Assembly: GCA_040954595.2 (NCBI GenBank)
Contig: CM082592.2
Coordinates: 4,108,735-4,172,734 of the forward strand
Length of the DNA: 64,000 nt
Direction of reading: 5' to 3'
Source of the DNA: Balanoglossus misakiensis
Taxonomy: Eukaryota; Animalia; Hemichordata
In this document: positions 45,151 through 57,500 of the stretch, piece after piece
How the letters are laid out: each line of letters opens with the position of its first letter
Numbering within the stretch: the stretch's first letter is position 1
The notes under the pieces: model-generated
Database searches by the model: none
Told to the model about the DNA's origin: nothing
Seen by the model: only the letters and a program-made list of their open reading frames with translations
Position numbers and translations under genes: made by a program

Positions 45151-47428
45151 AATTCTCTGAGTCTTGTGGTTAGCTGTGAGCGGGATGAATTTCCTCAATG
45201 AGATCTGTCTGCCGCCAAGGTAGAACACCATATAGGTTAAAAATTCAAATTTTCTGCATTGAGAGTTTTTAATAGTTATTGACGCAGACACACTATTTGT
45301 GGTCCGGCGGCAAACCATTCGCCAACTTATGTAGTCTCCTCTCTCATCCAAGTATGCTTCGAAACGGTCTCTGACGCAAACGCGCACTTTGACTTTTATT
45401 CTACCGATACAAGATGCACCAGTGACGAACTGCCCATGCACACTGACGTTCGTTCATCTCTTTCGACGCGCGCCTCGACATGGGATCGAGTGTTTACAGT
45501 TTTGTTGTGAGTGACAGATCCGTGTCTATCAGCGCTAAAACACATCGACCTTTCAATGAACGCGCCCTCCAGAACTTCATGCAATTTACAAACAGTCCTG
45601 TAGGTGTGCTTTGCGGGTAAACGTGTCACATGCAATTAGAAATCTACCAGCAAACGTTAATGCAGAGTACAAATCAACTTCTTGGACACTTCGCAGCAGC
45701 TTTGAAATCGCCAACAACACTTTGTGCATTTTTGTACATATCGACTTGTATGTACTATTGGAAGTGTTATCGTCATAAAAAATACTCTGCAATCATTCAT
45801 GTGTATTGATTTAAATTCGCACGCGACATTTGATGGAATTATAATGTATATTAGACAGAGCACAGACTGTCAAAGTTGACAGATGTGCATAATATACGCC
45901 TTCTACCACGTTGGATATTAAATCGCTGCCAAGTTTTATCATTGTCAACTCGGACATCATTATGATCTATGATCAGACTTGATAGAAATAACAATTTTAA
46001 TGAGCGTCGAATGCAAGTCACCGTGACACATGTTGATTTGTAAATACACACGCATACATGTAGCAACATAAGCAACATTTGCACGCAGTTTTGGTCGTCG
46101 TTGGACATGCAAAATGACAACGAACAAATATATGAAATAATATATGAGGCAAACTCTGTAACGTACCCTTCAGAAAAGGGTGGGTAGGTTGATATAGGTA
46201 TTGGCTTGTTTAAATTTTTGATTTTTTGAATGATATAGAACTGTATCGCGTAATCGAAATCACTTTATACGTAATCTCGTGAGATTTTCTCTGGAGAGAA
46301 GGATTATGTTCGGGGCTTGGGTGTGGGGAGGTTCGGTTTCCGGAGAATAAATTGTTTTCATGTACTTGGAAACTCAACAGGTACTAGGTTTTTTGTTCGT
46401 ATCAAAGTTCCAACACCGACGTTCAAGAAACTACAGACAAAAACAACATGGCCACCGACAAAAAGAAAATTTCACTTTGTGAAGTAACTATAGCAACAGT
46501 CATCGTCATAGAAATTTATCCATTCTTTCGGCCTGAAGTAAAAATAAACAAGCTTCTTTATAAGATGGGGAAAAGACGTTTTGTTGCGTTAACCTTTATA
46601 GCTTATTTATTGGGAATTCTTACTTTTTTGTATTTAACAATTTTTTATTGGATTCCTTCAAGCGGAGGTTCACAAATATTTGTTCATGTTGTTACTGAAG
46701 TTACTGAAGTGTGTTTTACATATCATATAATGCGTTCCCATAATATTAATGGCAATACTATATAATAATAATCATAATCCTAGTGGTCTTATACTTTTAC
46801 ATCAAAATATTTTCAGATTACATGTACTAGCGTAAATACAATGAATTAAAGTTTTAAAATTGTCCCAATTTCTTGAGATGAGAATTCAACTTGATCTTTT
46901 TGTTAGCAATATAAAATTCTACATGTTGTATATTTTGCAAACATTGCCTAATTCTTACTTTCTCTTGGAAACTAAGAAATTAACATTGTCAATGATCGTT
47001 CTTAGGCAATATTTGGATCCTCAGTTTGTAACTTCTTTGCAACCCAACAACTAGCGAAAACACTAATTTGAATTATCAAGAAATGTCTTATTACTGAAAG
47101 TGGGAGAAGAAAACAGTTTGAAATCGCTTAGAATCGGTGAATGGCCATTTTTATAATCGCACACGGCATCTGCTTTGTTCGTATCCATGGCAATAGACAG
47201 CCTATTATTCTTCTTTAATTGCTTGGAAATTCACACGAGATCGATATATATGAATTCTGTCGCTTTCACGGCTGGGTAGACTAAACAAACTCGGCGACTC
47301 TGCAACAATGATATTATTGAAAATATAAAAGACTAATGATGAAAGAAATCGTCACCGAGACGTTTCCATGGAAATGTGTTGCGCCCTGTGTTTTCATTTG
47401 GAAGTAGCAATTTATTCCCTTGTTATAG

Positions 47429-47463
47429 CTCTCTCTATGTCTCTCTCTCGCTCTCTCTCGGTC

Positions 47464-47520
<57 letters not shown>

Positions 47521-47578
47521 CTCACTCACTCTCTCTCTCTCCCTCTTTCTTTCTGTCTTCCTCTCTCTCTGTCTCTCT
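47429..47578 (+). repeat. (CT)n microsatellite
   Basis: Directly visible. Confidence 0.95.
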
Positions 47579-48517
47579 ACATTGCAAAATGCAGGTTGTC
47601 TGAATGAAATGTAATTAGAACAAAAAACGGATATGTTGTCACGTGATATCGTGTCTAAAACCACAGCCGCAACAGCATCGGTGTCGACGTGAGTGATGCG
47701 CATGCTAGCCCTTCATATACTTCGAACAAATAAGAGTTTGTGTAATCGGTCTATTAAAAGAGGTCGCGTTGTTATCGATTTTAAACATGACTGGTTTCAA
47801 TGTGCTGACAACTTCGCAAAGAAAGAAATTGAAACGCGATTGCATTACGACAGAAATGCACACATCTCAATTGCGACGGCAATGTAGACTCCGTTTCAAA
47901 GTAAAGGAGACACAATAAAAGTACTAGTGCTTGGAGAATTATTAGAAAGAAATAATTAAAAAGAAGAGTACACTGTAAGTTTCATTAGTATACTTACTAC
48001 CAATCCGTTCTGAGAAAATATTATTGCCGGATTCATTTACCGCAGTCTGAGTTTGCGCATGTCCTTTGACCCTGTCTGTATTAAATTTATTATCTGTTTA
48101 TAACAGAAGGGGATTCGTCACATATTTTGGATGGGGTCAGCAGGGGCTGTCGGTTTATCTTCGAAACCGGTTCTCCGTTTAACTATACGAAGTCATGTGC
48201 ACAGTATGGTCAAATTTACACCCTGAACCCCAAAATTTATATCTTAACATGCAATGACACTCAGACTTAGAAATAAGTTTCTACGGCATATAAGACTTAT
48301 ATCACCTCGATCTCCAGGGGAGTATGTCTGTACCGCTGTGTCCTGCCTTCTCAGCCTCGCGATTTCTCTCCTCCCAAACATTATATGTAACCAGACATAA
48401 TTCATGAATGCGTTTGTTTGATAAACGTCTGATTTCGAAAGACTTGTTTTACTGATCACCATAGTTTCTCGTTCTGCGTTCTCTCATCACAGAAGTTCCC
48501 ACTCCTGGAGAATCAAG

Positions 48518-48590
48518 ATGGGGAGATCGTTCAAAGTGCTATGTACAATCTTCACAGCGTTTGCAATTACAACTAGCCTTGCTAAAGCGT
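48518..48590 (+). CDS. Gene B signal-peptide exon
   Basis: AAGATGG context; [24 protein letters not shown] then T|GTAAGT; upstream acceptor (CAG ending 48492) implies a 5'UTR exon further upstream. Confidence 0.8.
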
Positions 48591-51500
48591 GTAAGTTGAC
48601 AATTCGATAAAATTTGGTCAGTGTCCGCTGGATTGCTGATTCAAATCGTGTTTTTTTTATTTAGTGGATTGTATATTGGTGTTTCATCTTATATTGTAGA
48701 TAGTAGAATTGTGGTCTATCTATGTTTGGTAGAGCTTTATTGAAGGGTTACTGCAGAAAGATCTTTGAATATTTCAATTTACAACGCTAATGAATCAGCG
48801 AACTGTGTCTGTGTTTCTTACTGTTCATTGAGTGGTGCATTCATTTGTTTTCCTTTTTTTTAATTTTTCAGTGACCAAACTGACTTTTGATGTCACTTGC
48901 GATAGCGACATCAACCTGGTGTTCGGCGAGGCAAACACCCTGACGTGTGACTTTTCGGTGACCCCCAAGGGCTCCGAACTGGCCACGGTCGCCGACTTGA
49001 ATTTCACCGCCTTCCTGTCCTCGGGCGGAAGCAGCGCCCTCACCGATCCGACCAAGACAACGGACGTGACACCGATTACGCCAACGGCCGCACAAGGAGA
49101 GTTGGCGCTCGTAGACAAACAAGCCACGGACATCCCGGGCGTGCCGGTAACGCTGGATTTCACCGACATACCAGGTTGCTATGACGACGACGGGTACGCA
49201 AGCCCGTACATCATCATGTGTGTGCTTGTCGATAAGGCGAGCACAGAAGGCGAACCCATAGTCATCCCAGACACTGTGTGCCTCGACATCGCCACCTGCA
49301 AAAGTGAGTAACAACTTCACTGGGTAGTCATAGTAACATAAACAAAGGATTACAAAAATTACAAGAAATGGCAGCTCTAGAGGCTTGTAGTTGCCATCTT
49401 TTGCATTATTTTCATGATTTTACTGTCAAACGTAGAATATTTCCATTTAAACGAGCTTATCTCTTGTTGTGGCTGTAGATGTAATTATGAACAATTAATT
49501 AAACAGGTGCCACACCCGTTTAATCAGCCGCCCATTGCAAGCGTATGCAATATCATGGTATGTACACATGAATATAGCATCTCCACAAATTCAAAATGGT
49601 GTCATTTGTCGACAAAGGATAAGGAGAAGATTGAAGTTTCAAATTATTAAAAAATACAATTATGCTACGAGTGATGGCTATTGGGGCTTTAACTGCATGG
49701 GGCTTTATGCTCCCCTCCTTGTACCGGTAAAATGCAGTAACACATTCCTAAAGTTTACCATGTAACTTTCTATGCAGGCATCATAACAGTGGCCGCCGAC
49801 GGAGGACCCACTGTGGCGACCAACACAGGTAACGATCTGGAAGTTGTATACGGCACCAGCAAGAACTTCATACTGGACATCACCATCGGCACGGGCGGCG
49901 ACACAACCACGGCCACGTTCGACGCCGTCGCCGAGGAGCTGTTCACCGTCGAAGTCTTCCTGGCAGATGCCACCGGAAGCCAGGACGCCACCACACCCGT
50001 GCTCGCTGCCGTTGCCGCGGACGTCGTGTCGGTGGAGCCCGAAAGCGGTACCGATGTTGCCTTGCTGGTGGCCGTAAACGCCAGCCTGAGCGACCTCAGC
50101 GGTCTGAACTGCGAAAATCAGACACACGTGTGCGTCAATGTCAGCCCGAAGGACGGTTCCGCCTGGCAGTGGGGTGCGATCGGGATTGACCCGCATATGG
50201 CGTGTGTTGAAGTCGTATGTTCCAGTGAGTTTCACTTTACACGCACTACTCCAGTCTTAGGCAGTACTCGACAAGAAAATATACTTGCAAAGTCATGCTT
50301 ATTTATATTTTTGCAAAAGCGGCAAGCTTGAAAATGGTTTTATTCATTTCAATTCTTTTGACCACCATAACCATGGTAGTCCTCGTCTCACAGTTGTCGA
50401 TATCACTGAATTTTGAAAAGAATGAGTAGACCCTGCGAAACACATGACCCCCTAACTGAGAAATTATAATGATCATTATACAAGTGACACCCCCCCCCCA
50501 ATTCTTTATTATTTTAGGTGAGATCGAGGCTACACCTGACCCTACTGTTGTGAGTAATGAATTTGGAGACCTTGACGTTGTCATGGGATCCGTGGAAGCG
50601 TTCAATTTGGACATCACACTAACGACCGGCCACGCCACGGCGCAGATCAGCGACAATGCGAATGCCCTATTCGCTGTTGACGTGTACCTGGCAAACAATG
50701 ACGCAGGAGACAACGCCGGAGACAGACCCGAAGCTGTCGGTACTGTGACGTCATCTCCGGTGGTCATCGAACCCGACGTTGGGGTCGACGAAGACCCCGT
50801 CGTCATCAATGTTCAGGCCGATTTGGATCTGGATACATTGAACTGCGATGACTATCATTACGTCTGCGTCGATTTGAAGTCTGACGATGAAACCGTGTGG
50901 ACGTGGTCGGCCGACGCGACTACACATAAAACAGCATGCGTCCAACTCACCAGTTGCATAGGTAGGACAATTTCCACATAGTAGGCATATTGGTGATGTT
51001 GAGTCAGAGATTTGGCCTCCTGGATGGATGGATGGATGGATGGATGGATGGATGATTGGATGGATGGATGGATGGATGGATGGATGAATGAATGAATGAA
51101 TGAATGAATGAATGAATGAATGAATGAATGAATGAATGAATGAATGAATGAATGAATGAATGAATGAATGAATGAATGAATGGTCGATCCTTTGTCAGAA
51201 ACGCAATCAGTGAGATTATTGAAGGTGAGATACTAAACTGATTTTTCACGAGGCCGTTCTGCCGACGGAGAGAAGCTACTCTTTGCTCTTCCTCAGATTT
51301 TATACAGATCTGTCGTCCGGTACTGTATACCCTTTGTGGCCCTTTAACCAATGTGTGTTCTTCAATTCACAGGGAAAATCTTTGCTTCACTCACGCTTAG
51401 TGCCGGCACATCTGAATCACTGGTCGTCACAATGGGTCCGCAGCGACTGTTTACATTGGACGTGGAAGTGGACATCACCGCAGACACTGCCAGCGCCGAG

Positions 51501-54500
51501 GTCGATGCTAATGGCGACGACATGTTCGATATCAAAGTTTACCTGGCCAGCGATGAGCAAGGTACCGAGCCATCGGAGTTTGTCGACGCAACGAACATAA
51601 CAACGGCGCCGGTTACTCTGTCCGAAGCAGTGGACACTGCGACCGTAGATGGCATACAAGCAGTTCTCGATCTAGATGGTTTGGCCTGTGTGAACTTCAC
51701 GCACGTCTGTGCTTACGTCACGCCCAAGGACTACCCGTCCAGCGAGCCGTGGATGTGGGCCGCGGATTCTGACACCGCGTGCGTTGCCATAAACACCTCG
51801 ACCCCTTGTTCCAGTAAGTATATGGTATGCTTTCTATGTCTCTGTGCGCATGTGTCATGTGCGGTACCTTTACTTTAAAGCTCCATCAACTGTATCTTTT
51901 CGCTATGTTTTAAGCCCTTTTGTTTTGTGAATCTACTGCAATTTCGCGTTCAAATTTCCGAAACACGATGAAATGTCAAGCACGCGATTCCATTGTAATG
52001 TTTTCCTGTGCATATCTCAACAAAAGAAATATACTTGTACCGTGTTAAAATTCTTTGTTAATACTCGGGGCAAAATACGAGTCCAGATGGAACTAGAATC
52101 GCGAGGAGCCATGTGTTGTTTGTTCTGTGTGACACGGGGATGTCCCCCTCCCCCGCACGCGAGATCTCGCAGGATCTCGTGGACTTCAGAAAATGGTCTA
52201 TTGTTTCACTCTGGTGCAAGTGACCCCGGTGTTGTGATTACTTGCAGTTCAAGTCACAGAAGAATCTGTCACTGTGGCCGCCTCGGCGGGCACCGACCTG
52301 GACATCCAGATGGGATCGACGTCCGAGTCGTTCTCTTTAGACGTCACACTCGTCACCGGCGACGACACGGGCGAGCTGTCGCTGCCCGCAGACGAACTGT
52401 TCGACGTGCTGCTGTATTTGGCGGCAGACGAGAACGGCACCGCCCCTTCAGCGAAGGTGTCTGCCGAAGTTCTCTCCGATGCCCTCACAATCGACAACAG
52501 AACTACGACCGAACTGAGAACCGTCACCGTCGACCCGTACAGCCTCGCCGACCTCGACTGCGCTGACTTCTCGCACGTGTGCGTGGATATTTCCCCGGTG
52601 GACGATCAGTGGGCGTGGACCATTGGGGATTCGAAGACTGCCTGCGTTGAACTTGGAACATGTACAAGTAAGCACAGTATACATTTTTTTGCATTTCACA
52701 AAGGGTATCCTAGTAGTCAACTTCACATGCCTAACGATCACAGTAACGATGGTGTGACATCATACATACGAGATAGAGATACTGCATTCTGAGATTTAAA
52801 CACATCTTGATGGTCGCGTATAGTCGACTATCATTCGTAATGCATGGCTGTCAAACAACCCACGGAGTTGAACTACACCAGCCACAGACGTGTATAATTT
52901 ACTCTAATAAACCGATACCTGCATGTCTGCATATAAAAAAATACCCGAAGCAGTTTACCTAAATATATATATATGGTGTACTATCGATCACATGCGTTAT
53001 TACAGAGGTACTGGGGCCGATTCGTTCAAATTGCTACCGTACGAGAACGGGACTTCGGAACTTGATTGTTTTCGTTTATTTTGGTACAAAATTAGTGCGA
53101 AATGTGGTGTTCACGTCCACATGGATGATCCAAGTCAGGTTTTAGTCAAATTGTGATGATATCAACAATGTTGTGTGTGGGAGCAATTTTTGCAATTTAA
53201 TTTAAAATATATATTTTATACATTATCGGAAGCGCGCGTCCGATAGATTTTGCATTTGATATGCGGGTCCCTTTATTGTAGTTATGGATGACTGTTTGAC
53301 ACAATGGATGTGGATGTGCCTTGAAATGTGTCTATTGAAGGATTTCTTTAACATCTTCTAGGCGTTATTTCTGCCGGTGATATTGTAGCCAACGCTGCGG
53401 ACACAACGGTAAAAATGGGAACCACCAAGCTGTTCAACATGGATGTCACCGTTACAGTAGTGGATCCAAGCGCCGTGGTCTCGGGACCCGAAGCGGCTCT
53501 TTACGACGTCGAAGTATTTCTGGCCGCGGACGTCCAGGGCGCCAACTCCTCGGAGAAGTACGGCGCAGCTATCGCGAGCACCGAGGCCGGCGCGACGATG
53601 TCTGTTGCCAACGGCGACACTGCCATAGCGGGGATCAGCGTGCAAATGAACCTGGAGGGCACCAGCTGCGATGACTTCAGCCACGTGTGCGTTGGAATAA
53701 GGCCACACGACACGGCCACTTGGGAGTGGGCGGACGTTGGAACCACCGCCAAAATTGCCTGCGATGAAGATGTATTAGACTGTACAAGTAAGTTGTTCCA
53801 CAGATCAGCGTTAGAGTCCTTTTCCTCGATCCCAGGACAGTACAGTGAAGGCAAACAAGAAAGCCTTTGTGTTAGCACGTAACTGTTCATTGGAAACAAA
53901 AGATTTGACCCACTGTTGAGCAAGGCCTTTAAGGCAGCGAATGGGTGTTGGCAGGTTCTGCAGACCAGAAGCACCCCGTTGGACTATTAAGTGTGCCAAA
54001 AACGTCAATGGCGGTATGCGCCACGAGATATGATTAATTCTTCACATAGAATTGACGCACAACAGGATAATGATACTTGTTTTCTGCTATTATAGACACG
54101 AATTTCACTTTTGCATTGTCTAACGTGATACCTTATGAATTCATTGCAGGCCAAATCACGGCGAACACGGTAACTTTGACCTCCAACGTCGGCGGCGATC
54201 TCGACATTATCATGGGGAACAACACGTCTTTCAATCTGGACGTGACAATCGAGACCGGCCTGGAAACTGCCAAAATCGTCGCCAACGCGGACGACACGTT
54301 CGCCGTGAAAGTGTACCTGTCCTCGAACGGCGGCGAGAGCGGCGGCACCTTGTCGCAGAAAGTGGACGCGACCGTCCCGTCGGACGAGATCACGGTCAAT
54401 CCCTCGGACACCATCGCCATCACCGGCGTCACGCTCTCCGATTTCGACTTGGTCGGCGTCGGCTGCGACGACTTCTCGCATGTCTGCGTGGATGTCAGTC

Positions 54501-57500
54501 CGGTGACAGACGCCACCTGGTCATGGAGTACGGGGGAACTTATGAACTCATGCGTACTGTTCGAGTCGTGCTCAGGTAGGTGTCTACGCTTTGATGTACA
54601 GTACAAAGTCGGAAGTCCCTTTGAGATAACTCGCGCCCCTTCTCTTTGGGCGGTGTAGTAGATTGAACGTTTTTTGAAAATAATCTCTGAATTGAAATAT
54701 TTTCACAGTTTTAGATTTAACTTAAAGGCTGACGATTGTCTTATGCGCATGTGCGTAATTTCGTGTGTACAAATATTACGTCCAATCCAAATGTTCTGCC
54801 AATTTTGCGTTCGACGCATTGAAATAGTGGACTGCCTTCGCTTCCTTCCACATGTCATACGATCCGTACAAGTAGACTTTAGTTTTGTCCCTTCTTTTCA
54901 CCTAATTTGCTGTCTTCCGGATCTCCGCCGACACAGACTATGGTCGCCGCCATCTTGTCTGTTGTTGGGACAGCACACTGCCTTGCCTTGTGGCATTGGC
55001 TCTATACAATTTGCGTAACCATAGTCTCTGGTTTGGCGCACGCGCATAAGACGATCATTGCTCTTTGATAACAAAAATCCACAATTTCGTTGTAGCTGTT
55101 ATGACCGCCACTAAAGTGGACCTGTCTGGCACCAGTGGAGATATCAACGTGGCCATGGGCGCCCAGGAAGACTTCACCCTGGATGTTACCATAACAACAG
55201 CGGCGACAGTAACTGGTAAAATAACAGGCCCGGCCAATCAGCTGTTCGACGTTGAGGTCTACTTAGCCAGTGACGATACCGGTGCAGACAGCACCCCCAA
55301 GGTGAAGGGGACACTGCCCTCGACGACCATCACCATCCACGATTCGGACGTGCAGGCCATAAGCGGAGTCCAGGTCACCCTCGACCTCTCGTCCTATGTC
55401 TGCGCGTCCTATTCCCACGTCTGCGTGGACGTGAATACCCTGTCGACGGATATGTGGAGTTGGGTGGATGGTTCTCCCCTGCTGAGCTGTGTAGCGTTCA
55501 CGACTTGCACAAGTAAGTGAAAGCCCAGACTTGCCCCCAAAGTCTATGGGCTTCAATACACTATTTTTTATAAGTCTAGCGCCCTCACACAGCCATCATG
55601 AATTTCAACTCAGAGCGAGGCCAATGGGGAAACTCCCTTGATGTGATTGGTCAACTATCCCCATTGGCCTCGCTTCGAGAAGATATGGGATATAACAAGT
55701 GTATAAATCTTGTGTTCGAAACACTCTTGGGACTGCGAAGGTATTATAAAATTTGAAAATAAAATGACACAAAATCTTACAATTATTTCTCAACAGCTGC
55801 TCCTACCATAGCAACAGCCGTGGCAAATACTAACGGTATCGGCAACCTTGCCGTTGTCATGGGGGAGACTAAAACATTCCATCTGGACGTGACTGCCACC
55901 TTACAAACAGGGGACGCCATCAGCGGAGTGGATTTGTACTCGGCTGTGGCCTACCTGGCGACAGACGCCCTGGGCTCGAATCCGAAACCGTCCAAGGTGG
56001 CCGCTACCATCACCGACAACACCGTGGGCTTCAGCGACGGCTCCCCGGCCATTCTGACTGACGTCGTGGCGACCATGGACTTCACCGACGCGATCACCTG
56101 TCAGCAGTCGGCCGCTCTGCACTACACGCACGTTTGCGTGGACCTGAGCGAGAACCCGGCAGCCCTGCCCACGTGGTCTGCCACCGTGGCAAGCAGCATG
56201 AGCGCGTGCACGGCGCTGAGTCCCGCGTGTCAATGTAAGTATCAGGGGCACAGGGACCTGAAGATATCGAACGCCCTCAGTCAGATGTAGTAGTCTACTA
56301 CATCTCCAGGCACCGTTGGTCAGAGGGACCTGATTTGCCGATCGCACCACAAGAACATCTCAGTCTTGGGGTGCGATGGCCACCGACAAGTTACTCGTAA
56401 ATCTTTGAGAGAGAGAAAAAGGCCGATAAACTGCCCATCATAGTGAAGCAAGCTGGGCTTTGAATCTTTTGGAGCTTTCATTGAAAACGAGGAAGGGGTG
56501 TGCTGGTAGAATAGGCCATTTTCATGACCCTCTATATGACCTAACATCTTTGTACTTCCGTTGGCATGGGTTGTCAAAATTCACCATTTTGGGACAAGAA
56601 TGTTGCTTTAAAAAGGCTCACAGAGACACAGACCAGTCAGTGTTTCATCTAGACGGGGGAATGGGGGGATTCGTCCCTTGTTGAAATGTTGGCACCCCCT
56701 TTAATAGCCATTCACCTGTTGCATGTGTTGGATAAATTACAGTCCCCCCCCCCCCTCTTGGAACACCCCTCCAATATTCTCTGCTTGGGCACATATTCCC
56801 CTGTTAATGCCATCCTGAATGAAACACTTACCAGTGTAGGGATTTGAAAGAGTCAAAGTGACGTCATATAATATGGGATGTATACTATACGTGGGAATAT
56901 TGACAGAGTCATGGGTTTGTTTTCAGCTCAACCGTTGCTGGATTTTGTCCTCTCCGGGTTGGCCATCACCTCACCCGCAAGTAAGGAGATCATGGTGGGA
57001 GAAAACGAGGCGGTCACGTTCGACGTGGACGTGCAACTGGCTGCCCAGTCTGGCTCTGCGAACGGCGACGACAACTGGAAACTCGAGGGCTATCTCTCCA
57101 CGGAGGCCACCGGCGCCGTTCAAACGGCGAAGGTTCCCGCGACGACCACGTCGATGCAGCCGCACGTCGGTCACGACATGGGCGGCGGGGACTCGTACAC
57201 GTTTGACGGCGTGCAGGTGGTCCTGCCTCTGGGCCAAAGCCAGTGCGGAGACCTCCAATTCTTCTGCGTTGAACTGACGCAGGGCGCCGGGGCGGACTGG
57301 TACTTTGATCCGTTCAACCCGTCCACCAACACGGCGTGTGTTTCAATAACATGCACGACAGGTAAGCATACTCAGATTTGGCAATCACGAAAACGTGGGT
57401 TAATTCACAAATGAGCCCAAATTTACCTTCTTTTCAGCTGCCCCAAATCCCATTTAATTTTGTGATGGAGCAACTAGCATCGTTAGATGCTACCAAATCT

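Noticed and set aside
46448-46765. 105-aa ORF with a hydrophobic stretch
   Set aside because: T-rich low-complexity DNA gives F/L/I bias; no family motif or supporting splice pattern.
31600-48480. Searched for further domain exons of the A/B family between the two genes
   Set aside because: No GC3-rich segment with the C-x4-H-V-C motif seen; only repeats and possible UTR or regulatory DNA. Very short or decayed exons cannot be excluded by eye.
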